IMG/VR virus record: IMGVR_UViG_3300027743_000026
Location: 1 to 64,000 of that record
Length of the DNA: 64,000 nucleotides
Reading direction: 5' to 3' (one strand)
From: a virus
The notes beneath the pieces are model-generated. The model searched no databases. It was not told where the DNA came from and saw only the letters and a list, made by a program, of their open reading frames with translations. The position numbers and the translations under genes are program-made. Within the stretch, counting starts at the first letter, position 1, and the number at the start of each line of letters is the position of its first letter. Below, in pieces: positions 1-9,920 of the stretch.

Positions 1-114
1 GATCTAACCGGGGCTGCGGTCGAGAGCTTCCGCAACGTCTTCGCCGAGGCTGGAAACAACATGCTGTCGCTGATGAACGGCGGCGGTGGCGGCTCGCCGC
101 GACAGATCAAGTGA
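1..114 (+). CDS. 3' end of an upstream gene (partial)
   Basis: Open frame from base 1 to TGA at 112-114 (DLTGAAVESFRN...SPRQIK*), followed by GAGG and ATG at 122. Confidence 0.5.
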   Translation, partial: DLTGAAVESFRNVFAEAGNNMLSLMNGGGGGSPRQIK

Positions 115-121
115 GGCGATA

Positions 122-1060
122 ATGGTCGCGATTGATTTTCCCGCCGCTCCAGTCCTTGGTCAGGAGTTCATTGCGGCCGGCATCCGGTATGCGTGGAATG
201 GCTACGGCTGGGTGGTTGTCCCTGCCTCCGCCGATTCAGCCGAAGCCTTCGTGCTGACCACCGGCGACACCATGACCGGTGACCTGATTATCCACAAAGG
301 CAACCCGGCATTTACACTGAACAAGAATGCCGCGGGCGAGCGCAACTCACTGCGCGGACAGACCAATGGTGTCGATCGCTGGCGCGTTCAACTGGGCGAT
401 ATCACGGCGGAAGCGGGCGGGCATTCCGGCTCGGATTTTGTTGTCGAGGCTTATAACGACAGCGGTGTGTTGAGCAGCACGCCTATTCGAATTGACCGGT
501 TGACAGGGCTGGCCAAAGTCGTCGCCGATCCGCTGGTGCCGCTGGGCGTCGCTACCAAACAGTACGTTGATGCCAAGCCGTCCACGCCGATCTCGACGCT
601 GGCAGAGGCTCGCGCCGGCATCATCGATACCAAGGCCGTTTCGCCTTACGGGCATCGCTACTCGCATTCGCCAGCGTTTCAGGCCGTCAGCGGGCCGATG
701 GGTATATCGCCGAACACGTACACGGCGGTCACCACCTTCGGAGAATCGCTCGATACCGACAACTGCTTCAACGGCGTCAGCTTCCGCCCCAACGTCGCCG
801 GCTGGTACGACATCGGCGGCACGATCAACATGCCGACGCTCGGCGTCAACTATTGCTCGGTGATTCTGTGGGTCAATGCCGGCGGCACCTACTACGGCAC
901 GCAGACTTCGCAAGGCTCGGTTCAGACCATCATGATGCAGGCGCGCGGTGTGCTGCATTTTAACGGCACCTCCGACTACGTCGAACTCGTTGGACTATCG
1001 GACCATCCGGTTGGCCGCTTCAATGCTGCGCACTTCTGGGGATACAGGTTGTTTGCATGA
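122..1060 (+). CDS. Tail fibre / virion structural protein
   Basis: N-terminal IDFPAAP..GQ.F..G..Y.W.G..W and G(D)TMTGDL / ATKQYVD motifs typical of phage fibres; C-terminal beta-rich domain; ATG 122 after GAGG. Confidence 0.7.
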   Translation: MVAIDFPAAPVLGQEFIAAGIRYAWNGYGWVVVPASADSAEAFVLTTGDTMTGDLIIHKGNPAFTLNKNAAGERNSLRGQTNGVDRWRVQLGDITAEAGGHSGSDFVVEAYNDSGVLSSTPIRIDRLTGLAKVVADPLVPLGVATKQYVDAKPSTPISTLAEARAGIIDTKAVSPYGHRYSHSPAFQAVSGPMGISPNTYTAVTTFGESLDTDNCFNGVSFRPNVAGWYDIGGTINMPTLGVNYCSVILWVNAGGTYYGTQTSQGSVQTIMMQARGVLHFNGTSDYVELVGLSDHPVGRFNAAHFWGYRLFA

Positions 1061-1434
1061 CATATTTCTGCATCGGCGCTTGGCACAAGAACGATGGGAC
1101 GATCGCGACGCACCAGGCCGCCACCATGGTGTGGCCGAAAACGCTCGAGCCGGCACTCCGTGACGCACCGTCCGCGCAGGTCCAGCCCGTCAATTCGATG
1201 CTGCTGTGTCTCGCCTGCCAACGCATGCTGACCGATCCAAAGCCAGATCCAAAAGCAACCGAACTGCAACGGCAGATGAACCCGATGCTGCCGACAGGAG
1301 ACGATCGCGCGATGGACTACGAGCATGCGCGCTGGTGCTTCCTGTCGATACAGGATGATTTTACGGCGAGTACGACCGGACCGCCGCCGCCAGCGGATGA
1401 AACGAATAGCGATGAAGCGAGGGAAGTCCGATGA
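1057..1434 (+). CDS. Hypothetical protein
   Basis: ATGA-coupled to both neighbours in the fibre operon. Confidence 0.55.
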   Translation: MTYFCIGAWHKNDGTIATHQAATMVWPKTLEPALRDAPSAQVQPVNSMLLCLACQRMLTDPKPDPKATELQRQMNPMLPTGDDRAMDYEHARWCFLSIQDDFTASTTGPPPPADETNSDEAREVR

Positions 1435-2609
1435 CTGCAATGCATCCGGATTCTGGCGTGCCGTGGACTGACGCCAAGAACAGCATTCCCAGCGACGTCG
1501 AGCAGTCACTACAGAACTGTAACGAGTTATGGTACTCGACCTCGCGCTGTCAGCCGCGGTTTGATCCAGCCGCGGCGAATGCTGTGCTCGCCGAGTTGGT
1601 CAACACGATCAACAAGGCGGAGATGGTCTATGACTGCAGCAAGCTCGACCAGATTGAGCATGCGGTTCGCTATTTGATCCAGCGCGGCATCCCGCGCGGC
1701 GGTGCCCTGGCGGGCGGGAGTCAATCGTATACGCTGGCGCTCGATCCGCCGGCGACTCGTTACAACAATTGGATGACGCTGACGGTCATACCGAACGTCG
1801 ATAACGGCGGCTATGTCCGGCTGGACGTCAACGGTCTTGGTCTTCGCCCAGTTCTCCGCAATGACGCGCAAGAGTTGAGGGCCGGTGATTGGCTGGCCAA
1901 TGTCCCAGTCATAATCGCACACTGGAACAACGCTTGGTACGTCATCGGCCCGGTCGCTTCGCAGTTCGGATTCCCGCAGCAGGCACGTTTCGAGACGCCT
2001 GGAAACTACACCTGGGTCGTGCCACCCGGCGTGCATTCGATCATGGCTGAAGTCTATGGCGGAGGCGGCGCTGGTGGCACCGCGATGGTCACCTACAACG
2101 GTGGTGCGGGCGGCGGCGGTTCTGGCTACGCACGCGAATATATCGCGACCACTCCAGGGTCAGCACTGGTTGTCACCGTCGCCGCGGGCGGGCTCTCTGG
2201 TCCTGCTGGTTCGGTGACCAACGGCGGCAGCGGCGGCACAAGCTATTTTGCCAGCACCATCATGGCGACCGGCGGCGGTGGAGGCATGGCTGGCTCTGTT
2301 GAGTACCCAGGCACGCCTGAACTGTCGATCCCAGGCATGGGCTACGGCGGCGACATCAATCTGCAAGGCGCCTACGGCTCGTCCGGCGCATCGGGCACCA
2401 ATCTCACCGGCGGCTACACCGGTTACGGCGGCCTCGGCGGCATGTCGCCCGGGCCCGAGGGCGGAGCAGGCGGCGGCATGTCGACTGGTTCGTCGATGCC
2501 AGGTGTCGGGTTCGGCGCTGGTGGCTCGGGCGGTGGTTCAGCTGCCGGCATCAACTCTCCGGGCGGCAACGGCCACGACGGCGCTGTCATCATCAGCTAC
2601 TTCGGATAG
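1431..2609 (+). CDS. Tail fibre/spike protein with Cys-containing N-terminus and glycine-rich C-terminal domain
   Basis: F.TPG.YTW.VP.GV..I..EV.GGGG.GG glycine-rich domain ending G.DGAVII; three N-terminal Cys. Confidence 0.75.
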   Translation: MTAMHPDSGVPWTDAKNSIPSDVEQSLQNCNELWYSTSRCQPRFDPAAANAVLAELVNTINKAEMVYDCSKLDQIEHAVRYLIQRGIPRGGALAGGSQSYTLALDPPATRYNNWMTLTVIPNVDNGGYVRLDVNGLGLRPVLRNDAQELRAGDWLANVPVIIAHWNNAWYVIGPVASQFGFPQQARFETPGNYTWVVPPGVHSIMAEVYGGGGAGGTAMVTYNGGAGGGGSGYAREYIATTPGSALVVTVAAGGLSGPAGSVTNGGSGGTSYFASTIMATGGGGGMAGSVEYPGTPELSIPGMGYGGDINLQGAYGSSGASGTNLTGGYTGYGGLGGMSPGPEGGAGGGMSTGSSMPGVGFGAGGSGGGSAAGINSPGGNGHDGAVIISYFG

Positions 2610-2618
2610 GTGCGAATT

Positions 2619-3020
2619 ATGCGAGTCATCATCGAACGTGGCATCGTCAAGGACATCGTCGACGGCGCGGCGCTGCCAGACCCGTTGCCGGCTGGACTTG
2701 TCGTCGTCGACGCTCCGCCCAACGTGAGACCGGGCTGGGGCTATAACGGCAGTCTGTTCAAGATGCCGACATCAACGGGAGAGATTGATCCGCCGCACCC
2801 AAACCATCGCAACGCGCAAAAAGCGAAGCGCCAACTGACGGAGTCGGAACGGGCGATCACCCATTTCTACGAGCTGGCGACGCCGGTCTCGCAGGATTGG
2901 ATCACGTATCGATCGACGCTGCGCAGCATCATCCAGCTTGAGAACGATCAGTCGACGCCACCGATAACGGTCCCGTCGCGGCCGCCGCTGCCTCCTGGGA
3001 TGATCGAACCCGGACTCTGA
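2619..3020 (+). CDS. Tail fibre assembly/chaperone-like protein
   Basis: PGW.Y.G..F and W..YR..LR motifs; directly follows a fibre gene. Confidence 0.55.
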   Translation: MRVIIERGIVKDIVDGAALPDPLPAGLVVVDAPPNVRPGWGYNGSLFKMPTSTGEIDPPHPNHRNAQKAKRQLTESERAITHFYELATPVSQDWITYRSTLRSIIQLENDQSTPPITVPSRPPLPPGMIEPGL

Positions 3021-3023
3021 TTT

Positions 3024-5210
3024 GTGGCCGAAGACTTCAATATATCGGGCGAGCCTGGAAACGACGTCCACCTCAACCCGGGCGTCGGCGGCTCGATCGT
3101 TCTCGACCCGGGCACTGGCACACAGACCAGGACGATCGTCGGCCGGGACAACGGCTACCTGAATCTGCCGCATAAGGGCCCTCCGCCGGCACCGATCAAC
3201 GGCGACGTCTGGACGACACCGGCGGGCATGTACACCCGCATCAGCGGTCGGACCGTCGGCCCTCTGGGCACCGGCGGCAGCGGCGGAGGCGGCGAGCAAG
3301 GCCCACCGGGGCCTCCCGGTCCGACAGGGCCGCAAGGCCCTCCTGGCGCAACCGGTCCGGCTGGTCCTCCCGGAGCACCCTCAAGCGTTCCCGGCCCGGT
3401 GGGTCCGATGGGCCCGCAAGGGCCAAAAGGCGACACCGGCGCTGCAAGCACCGTTCCCGGGCCAGCGGGGCCTCCTGGTGCGACCGGCGCGCAGGGGCCG
3501 AAAGGTGATACCGGCGCGGCTTCGACCGTCCCAGGCCCCACGGGACCGGCTGGTCCGCAGGGTGATCCCGGCGATCAGGGCCCGCAGGGACCGCAGGGCA
3601 TCGAGGGACCGCAGGGTGTCGCCGGCACCGGCATCACGATGCAGGGTTCGGTCGCCACCGAGGGCGATCTGCCGGCGAGCGGCAATACCCAAGGCGACGC
3701 CTACATCGTGCAGGCGGACGATAGCCTGTGGATCTGGGACGGCACCGCGTGGGTGTCGGGTGGCTCGATCCAGGGACCGCCGGGTTCGCAGGGTCCGCAA
3801 GGCCCGCAAGGTGTGGCAGGTCCGCAGGGACCACAGGGCGATACCGGGGCCACGGGTCCGCAGGGCGACACCGGTCCGCAGGGACCGATTGGTCCGGAAG
3901 GGCCGACAGGTACCGGCGCCGGAGCCGCGACTGGATTCTCCGCCCACAAATCCATCGACCAGACCATCACCAGCGCGACCTGGACTAAGCTCGCGTTCGC
4001 GACGACCGGCTACAACAACGGCAACTTTTTCAACACCAGCTCGAGTCGCTGGACACCGCCAGCCGGCGAGACGACGTTTGTAGCGTCGGCGTTCGCCACC
4101 GGGCTGGCGCTCGGCAGCAATCTTTTTCTCGCGATCTACAAGAACGGCACGCTGTTCAAGTTCGCGACCAGCAACACCACCGACGGCTTCGCGCATATCG
4201 TCTGCAACGATAACGCCGGCGGCACCGACTTCTACGAGGTGTGGATCAACGGGCAGGCATCGGGCAGCACGTTTATCGTGCCGACCGGGAGCAACGACGG
4301 CATCTATTTCCAAGGCTTCCAGGCGAAGGGCCCGCCAGGTCCAGCCGGTCCACCCGGTGCCGATGGCGTCAACGACGGCGACAAGGGTGACATCACTGCC
4401 AGTGGTGGCGGCACCGTCTGGACGATCGACAACAACGCCGTCACCTACGCCAAGCTGCAGGACATCAGCGCGAGCGGGCGCATCCTGGCGCGCAAGAGCG
4501 CCGGCGCGGGCGATGCGGAAGAGGCAACGCTTAGCGAGATCCTCGACTTCATCGGCTCGGCGGCACGCGGCGATATTCTGTTTCGCGGCAACACCGGCTG
4601 GCAACGGCTTCCGGCTGGCACAGCCGGCAACTTTCTAACGACGCAAGGCACAGGCGCTGACCCAACCTGGTCGGCACCGACAGCTGGCGGCGCTGGTAAG
4701 CAGACGATCTGGGTGCCGGCTGGGGCAATCGTGTCGCGTGCGACCGCTGGTGCGGCTCCTGGCACGATGGAGACGACGACCAATAAGAACATGATCCGTA
4801 CGCTCGACTACGATGGCGCGACGCAGGAGTTCGGGCAGTTCGAAATCGCAATGCCGAAGTCGTGGGACGAGGGCCCGATCACGTTCGTTCCGATCTGGTC
4901 CCACGGCGCAACAACAACGAACTTCGGTGTGGTATGGGCGCTGCAAGCACTTGCTCGCAGCGACGGTGACGCGATCGACGCGGCGTTCGGTACCGAACAG
5001 ACTTCGACCGACACCGGCGGAACGACCAACGTGCAGTACACCGCGCCGGAGTCAGCGGCGATCACGATCGGCGGCTCGCCTGTCGAAAACGATGTCGTAT
5101 TGTTTCAGATCAAGCGCAATCCAACGGCTGGCGCTGACACCCTCGCGATCGACGCCCGCCTGCATGGCGTCAAGCTGTTCTACACGACCAACGCCGGGTC
5201 CGACGCCTGA
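3024..5210 (+). CDS. Collagen-like (Gly-X-Y) fibre protein
   Basis: Long GPQ/GPA/GDT triplet runs separated by globular domains. Confidence 0.85.
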   Translation: MAEDFNISGEPGNDVHLNPGVGGSIVLDPGTGTQTRTIVGRDNGYLNLPHKGPPPAPINGDVWTTPAGMYTRISGRTVGPLGTGGSGGGGEQGPPGPPGPTGPQGPPGATGPAGPPGAPSSVPGPVGPMGPQGPKGDTGAASTVPGPAGPPGATGAQGPKGDTGAASTVPGPTGPAGPQGDPGDQGPQGPQGIEGPQGVAGTGITMQGSVATEGDLPASGNTQGDAYIVQADDSLWIWDGTAWVSGGSIQGPPGSQGPQGPQGVAGPQGPQGDTGATGPQGDTGPQGPIGPEGPTGTGAGAATGFSAHKSIDQTITSATWTKLAFATTGYNNGNFFNTSSSRWTPPAGETTFVASAFATGLALGSNLFLAIYKNGTLFKFATSNTTDGFAHIVCNDNAGGTDFYEVWINGQASGSTFIVPTGSNDGIYFQGFQAKGPPGPAGPPGADGVNDGDKGDITASGGGTVWTIDNNAVTYAKLQDISASGRILARKSAGAGDAEEATLSEILDFIGSAARGDILFRGNTGWQRLPAGTAGNFLTTQGTGADPTWSAPTAGGAGKQTIWVPAGAIVSRATAGAAPGTMETTTNKNMIRTLDYDGATQEFGQFEIAMPKSWDEGPITFVPIWSHGATTTNFGVVWALQALARSDGDAIDAAFGTEQTSTDTGGTTNVQYTAPESAAITIGGSPVENDVVLFQIKRNPTAGADTLAIDARLHGVKLFYTTNAGSDA

Positions 5211-6496
5211 TGCTGCGGGTCAACCCTCTTATCCTGCCGTCCGGCGGAAGCCTGGATGATTTCCCGGCTGGTGCAGTTTGCTTCATGGGGAGCACGTATC
5301 TAAATCGCGGTGCGGAACTGACTGGAAATGCCAACAGCCGAGTCGGCACGCTGTCATTCTGGTTCAAATACGGTTCGTGGGGTGCCAGAGTATATATCCA
5401 CGATTTCCCCGGCAGCTGGAGTCCGTGTTACGTCGAGAGTGACGACTGTGTGTACTTCTATCCTAATGACCCAAGCGGAAGCATAGCCTGCATTGGGCTG
5501 GGCACCAGTGCGATCCCGCGCGATCAACTTTGGCACCACATCATCTTTGCATTCGATCTGAGGACGGCCGGTGCGTACATGGCTTTCCTCGATGGAGTAA
5601 ATGTCACTAGGCTGGTGACAGCTGTCACCAATACAGATATCGGCTGGACGGGCAGAGGGTCATTTCTCGTTGGTCGTCGCTACGACACTAATGATGGTTG
5701 GCTGTATGGCAGCTTGGCTGAGTACTACTTCAACAACAAAGAATTTGTTGACGTTCGCGTTCCCGCCAACATGGCGAAGTTTCGCAATGCGGCGGGCAAA
5801 CCGGTTCCGCTTGGGCCGGATGGCTCATGGGTAACGGGCAAGCCGCCGATCGTTTATTTTAGCCGGAGCACGTCAGAGCCACACAGTACATTTCAAAAGA
5901 ACCGCGGCACTGGTGGTAATTGGAATGCCTCTGGTTTTTCTATGGCAGGAATCTTCTATCCAGAGCCGACAAGCCCCAGTTCGTTTTGGCGCAATGTTGC
6001 TGGCACAGTCTGGTCGGGCACTAACACCGGATGGGCTGGCTACACTCTCAGACTCTACATTCCTGCCGCCAACATCAAGAACGTGCCGCCGGGACAGACT
6101 CAAGTTCGTGTCACTGTTGGCTCCGACTACAACGGAAACGCAGCCATCTTTGACAAGATGTGCATCGGCAATTGTCCCTATCCGTCTGGTGAATCTTGGG
6201 ATGCAACTGACCTAGCGCAGTTATTCTTTGGCGGTGCCCGAGGCGCAACTGTGCCCGCGGTCGGCGGCAGTCAGGGAGGCTTCTTAACGTCTGACGCCGC
6301 AAACTGGAAGTACCTTGGTGGGGCCATTTTGCAAACCGTTCACTTCACATCTGCTGGCGCATCGATGTACGGCCTCAATTACCAGTGTCAGAATTATTTT
6401 GCCTCTGGTGATTATGCCGACGTCTTGGACGTTTCGGGCTTCAGTGCTTCGAGTGCCCAGTACATGATTTTCTTCAGAGACATCGAGATGCTATGA
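5210..6496 (+). CDS. LamG/concanavalin-like domain virion protein (candidate receptor-binding protein)
   Basis: TLSFWFK...WHHIIF...FLDG...G.LAE pattern; lower GC than neighbours; TGATG coupling. Confidence 0.65.
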   Translation: MLRVNPLILPSGGSLDDFPAGAVCFMGSTYLNRGAELTGNANSRVGTLSFWFKYGSWGARVYIHDFPGSWSPCYVESDDCVYFYPNDPSGSIACIGLGTSAIPRDQLWHHIIFAFDLRTAGAYMAFLDGVNVTRLVTAVTNTDIGWTGRGSFLVGRRYDTNDGWLYGSLAEYYFNNKEFVDVRVPANMAKFRNAAGKPVPLGPDGSWVTGKPPIVYFSRSTSEPHSTFQKNRGTGGNWNASGFSMAGIFYPEPTSPSSFWRNVAGTVWSGTNTGWAGYTLRLYIPAANIKNVPPGQTQVRVTVGSDYNGNAAIFDKMCIGNCPYPSGESWDATDLAQLFFGGARGATVPAVGGSQGGFLTSDAANWKYLGGAILQTVHFTSAGASMYGLNYQCQNYFASGDYADVLDVSGFSASSAQYMIFFRDIEML

Positions 6497-7161
6497 CCAA
6501 ATTCTCGACCGAGAAGTTGGCTCCGCTCGATGCTCCGGTGTTCACTGGCGATGCGCGCGCGGTAACTCCTGCACCTGGGGACGCAGACACAAGCGTCGCA
6601 ACGACTGCATTCGTCGCAGCATCCGGCGGCGGCTTCACGACCGGCGACGCCAAGCTCACGCTCAAGACCGTGGCCGATGCCGGTTGGGTCTTGATGAATG
6701 ACGGCACCATCGGCGATGCAACGTCCGGTGCCACCACGCGCGCCCACGCCGACACGCAGGCGCTGTTTGTCCTGATGTGGACGAACATGAGTAACGCTTG
6801 GTGTCCGGTTTCTGGCGGGCGCGGCGCTACTGCGTTGGATGATTTCAACGCGCATAAGACGTTGTTGATGCCGTATCAGCTTGGGCGATCCATTGCGATT
6901 GCTGGTGCTGGCTCCGGCTTAACGTCTCGCGTTCTCGGATCACTGGCTGGCGCTGAAACAGAGTCACCGACCATTGGCAAGACCGCTTCACACAACCACA
7001 GCATGGGACACGGTGCGATTCTGGTAGATGGAGGCGCGACTTATACCGGCCTTGCGCTACTGTCACCAAGCTACACGCTTTACACCAATAATCAGGGCGG
7101 TGACGCGCCGCTCAACATCCTCGATCCCACAAGCTACTGGAACGTAATGATCAAGCTATGA
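6493..7161 (+). CDS. Tail collar-like fibre protein
   Basis: APLDAPVFTG...ATTAFV repeat plus TGD.K...GWV.MN, H.H and N.MIKL collar-like motifs. Confidence 0.7.
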   Translation: MTKFSTEKLAPLDAPVFTGDARAVTPAPGDADTSVATTAFVAASGGGFTTGDAKLTLKTVADAGWVLMNDGTIGDATSGATTRAHADTQALFVLMWTNMSNAWCPVSGGRGATALDDFNAHKTLLMPYQLGRSIAIAGAGSGLTSRVLGSLAGAETESPTIGKTASHNHSMGHGAILVDGGATYTGLALLSPSYTLYTNNQGGDAPLNILDPTSYWNVMIKL

Positions 7162-7589
7162 AGCAAGTGCATCAGCATCCGGATGGAATGGTTTTAGTTC
7201 GTGTTGATGGCGCGACCTATCGCGATACGCCGGACAATTTCGCGATCGACTTTGGCTTTCTGTTGCCAGAGCTGCCCGAGGGCATGAACGAGCGCATCTA
7301 CGATCAGAACCGTCGTCATGTGTTCGCGGGCGAGAACGACACCGGCGCGATCACCAGCGGCGGCGAGATGCCGTGGCCGCTGGGCGACAGGGCCATCCTC
7401 AACATCGAGGCCGGTTTGAATGCGCAGAGCACGCGCATGGCGGCCGAACAGGCGGCCATGTCGCCGCCTCCAAAACCCGGGCCAACACAACGCGATCTCA
7501 TCGCGTTCGACCACGAGAACCGGCTCCGCGTCTTGGAAGGCAAGCAGCCAATATCCGCCAGCGACTTCTTCGTCGGGAAGAAAATATGA
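7158..7589 (+). CDS. Hypothetical protein (fibre-associated)
   Basis: ATGA-coupled ORF. Confidence 0.55.
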   Translation: MKQVHQHPDGMVLVRVDGATYRDTPDNFAIDFGFLLPELPEGMNERIYDQNRRHVFAGENDTGAITSGGEMPWPLGDRAILNIEAGLNAQSTRMAAEQAAMSPPPKPGPTQRDLIAFDHENRLRVLEGKQPISASDFFVGKKI

Positions 7590-7930
7590 AACGCGAATGG
7601 TGGTGGGCGATCCTGGCAGCTGCAACGGCGGTGGTGATCGCCTATAGCCTCATCAGCTTGGCGAGCGATGCTGAGTCCAAGGTGGCCTACGATTGTGTCG
7701 ATCCCACCGAAAGGGAGCGAGTGCGGCAGCTTGTGTTCGATGGCGTCGATAAAGGGTTGGTGGGAGCAATGGCCCATCTGTTTGATGTTTGGCAGAGGGA
7801 TCCAGGAACTGCTCAGCCGCAGCGAGCGCAGGTCGGGACCACGAATGCAGTGAACGCACATAACCGCGCGCGGAAGCTGGCGCTCGCTTGGGATCCACCA
7901 CCGTGCCCAAAGGATGAAGGGAAACCGTGA
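7586..7930 (+). CDS. Membrane-anchored or secreted protein
   Basis: ATGA overlap; MKREWWWAILAAATAVVIAYSLISLA hydrophobic N-terminus. Confidence 0.6.
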   Translation: MKREWWWAILAAATAVVIAYSLISLASDAESKVAYDCVDPTERERVRQLVFDGVDKGLVGAMAHLFDVWQRDPGTAQPQRAQVGTTNAVNAHNRARKLALAWDPPPCPKDEGKP

Positions 7931-7931
7931 C

Positions 7932-8066
7932 ATGATCGTTCTCGTAAACTGTTCGCAAGGTTGCACGGCAGCGATTCCGATGCCGGGATATCCGCCAGGC
8001 TTCGTGCCGGCCGCGACGGCCGCGACATCATCGACTGCAAGAAAGGATGATAATCGGCCGCGTTGA
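7932..8066 (+). CDS. 44-aa Cys-containing micro-protein (not in ORF track)
   Basis: Own translation MIVLVNCSQGCTAAIPMPGYPPGFVPAATAATSSTARKDDNRPR*; starts 1 nt after the upstream stop. Confidence 0.45.
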   Translation: MIVLVNCSQGCTAAIPMPGYPPGFVPAATAATSSTARKDDNRPR

Positions 8067-8103
8067 CGCTGCGAGGTGATCTTAACCAAGAAGGAGAAGT
8101 GAT

Positions 8104-8340
8104 ATGGCTGACGAAAATACCAATCAGGACAACACCGAGCGCGATCAGAAGATCAAAGAGGAATACGATGAGCTGATCCGCCGCGGCACCCACGACACCG
8201 CAAGCGCCACCAACGCGCTTTCGATCCAGTACAGACTCAGCTCGGAAAGGATCCACGCCATAGTGGGGCCGCAGCCGAAACCAGAAGAGGACAGAGACGC
8301 CCATGCCTCTCAAGAAAGGCAAGTCCGCCGAGACGATTAG
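8104..8340 (+). CDS. Hypothetical protein
   Basis: AAGGAG RBS before ATG. Confidence 0.55.
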   Translation: MADENTNQDNTERDQKIKEEYDELIRRGTHDTASATNALSIQYRLSSERIHAIVGPQPKPEEDRDAHASQERQVRRDD

Positions 8341-8443
8341 CTCAAACATTAGAAAGTTGCGCCACGAAGGCCGCCCGCAGAAGCAGGCGGTCGCGATTTC
8401 CATGCGGACCGCCGGCAAGGCAAAGCCGCGGGGCAAGAAATAG
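8303..8443 (+). CDS. Small basic phage protein of the MPLKKG.S...IS.NI type (not in ORF track)
   Basis: Own translation MPLKKGKSAETISSNIRKLRHEGRPQKQAVAISMRTAGKAKPRGKK*, a recurrent phage micro-protein pattern. Confidence 0.75.
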   Translation: MPLKKGKSAETISSNIRKLRHEGRPQKQAVAISMRTAGKAKPRGKK

Positions 8444-8517
8444 GTCTCGCGAGACCCTGCGCCGGGCAGGTTAGCGCAAAGTGAGGCGCCCCGGCACACT
8501 CCTAAGAGGAGGCGATC

Positions 8518-8700
8518 ATGGGTGCGAATATCTGGTTCTGGATTCTCTTCGTCATCACGCTGATCTTCGGGATCTTCGTGCAAAGCCCGTGGCGACAGGG
8601 CGGTACCGTTTATCCGTGGGCCCCGTTCGGCTCCTGGTTGATCTTGTTCATCTTGATCGGCATTCTCGGGATTGGAGTGTTCGGCTCCCCGATCCGATAG
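8518..8700 (+). CDS. Small two-TM membrane protein (holin candidate)
   Basis: GAGGAGG RBS; two hydrophobic segments. Confidence 0.6.
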   Translation: MGANIWFWILFVITLIFGIFVQSPWRQGGTVYPWAPFGSWLILFILIGILGIGVFGSPIR

Positions 8701-8778
8701 GGCAGGCGGCCGCTATCGGTCGCCGCCGATCTCGGTGCCCGAGCTGCCGCCCACCCCACACATCATGGTTCCGGAACG

Positions 8779-9033
8779 ATGAGCCACGTCCTGGCAATCC
8801 TGGGCGTGGCTTTCTTTTTGACCAGCGCGCAGGCCGGCGAGAGCCACAGCCTCTACGATGTCAACGGAAATTACGCTGGCAGCCTGGTGACTGCAGGCGG
8901 CAAGACGTCGTACTTCACGCGCGAAGGCTGGTTAATCCGGAAAAATGACGTGAAGAGCGAGCGTCACGCGGGGGCACGGGGCTTACGCTCTTCACGATCG
9001 AGCCGCTCTTATCGACGGCCTCGAACTCGTTAA
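8779..9033 (+). CDS. Small secreted protein
   Basis: Signal peptide ending AQA; YD.NG.Y.G motif. Confidence 0.5.
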   Translation: MSHVLAILGVAFFLTSAQAGESHSLYDVNGNYAGSLVTAGGKTSYFTREGWLIRKNDVKSERHAGARGLRSSRSSRSYRRPRTR

Positions 9034-9185
9034 CGGTTTTCGTTGGGGTTCGGCCGCGGCGGCTGCGGGTTACCCGGCTGATGATCCCGGTTCGGATCGT
9101 TTTCCTTATCCGGATTCGGCTCCGGCATCGGCTGCGGTTGGCGCGGCGGCGTCGGATTCGGGTTGTTCTGCGGCTGCGTTGGCAT
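9030..9185 (-). CDS. Pro/Asn/Gln-rich low-complexity peptide
   Basis: GGAG before ATG 9185; MPTQPQNNPNPTPPRQPQP... Confidence 0.45.
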   Translation of the reverse strand: MPTQPQNNPNPTPPRQPQPMPEPNPDKENDPNRDHQPGNPQPPRPNPNENR

Positions 9186-9273
9186 GTTGTGCATCTCCGT
9201 GGATGACTGACAACCACGAGGCCGATCGTAAAGTTCCATCAGGTCTAGGAGGCTTGAGATGGCCATCGATTTT

Positions 9274-9663
9274 CTAGCGATTTGCTTTCAAGTCGCGATG
9301 TTCGCGCTGACCTTCGGGCTCGCGCTCACCGGCTACGCCTGGCTGGTCACACCCTAGCTCGGGCCGCAGGATGGGCTCAGTGACCGCGTTGATGTCGGAG
9401 TTGTAGTTCGCCATGTTGTCGTTGATGCCATCGATGCGCCAGATCGCCGCCATCAGCCGCTCGTTCTCAGCCTCAAACCGCTCTACATCTTGCCAACGCA
9501 ATTCAAGTACAGTCGACAGCGCATCGAGCTTGCTAAGCAGATGCTTTTTATCAGCCGTCAGCCGCTCAATTTCGGCGGCGACCTCCGCATAGCGGCGGCG
9601 TAGCTCGGGATCGTTGCTCCTGACAACTGCGCTGCATTTTAACCACTCAACGATGTCGCTCAT
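9274..9663 (-). CDS. Coiled-coil hypothetical protein (MSDIVE.../EIERL family)
   Basis: Shares N-terminus with 9690-9920 and C-terminal segment with 9917-10303. Confidence 0.6.
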   Translation of the reverse strand: MSDIVEWLKCSAVVRSNDPELRRRYAEVAAEIERLTADKKHLLSKLDALSTVLELRWQDVERFEAENERLMAAIWRIDGINDNMANYNSDINAVTEPILRPELGCDQPGVAGEREPEGQREHRDLKANR

Positions 9664-9689
9664 GGCTTGGGCTCCAGGGCGCGGCGGGC

Positions 9690-9920
9690 TCACGCGCCCT
9701 CATCCTGCTCGCAGTCATTCTCCATGCCCGAGTGCACTGAGGATGGTTTGTTCTCCAGGGCGCGGCGTAGCGCTTCCTCGCTGACTGCCAGCCGACGACG
9801 TTCAATGTCCAGCGCCGCACGCAGCCGCGCGATCTCGGCGCGCGCCTCCCGCAACACGCCTTCCAGCCGCTCGATCTCGCACCGCAGGGCGACGACTAGC
9901 CGCTCGATGATGTCGCTCAT
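9690..9920 (-). CDS. Coiled-coil hypothetical protein
   Basis: MSDIIERL, EIERL/EIARL repeats. Confidence 0.6.
   Translation of the reverse strand: MSDIIERLVVALRCEIERLEGVLREARAEIARLRAALDIERRRLAVSEEALRRALENKPSSVHSGMENDCEQDEGA

Noticed and set aside
122-7161. Diversity-generating retroelement acting on the fibres
   Set aside because: No reverse transcriptase and no TR/VR pair differing at adenines was seen.
8630-8640. GCTCCTGGTTG match to the leader RBS word
   Set aside because: Inside a coding sequence with no hairpin or start codon; probably chance.
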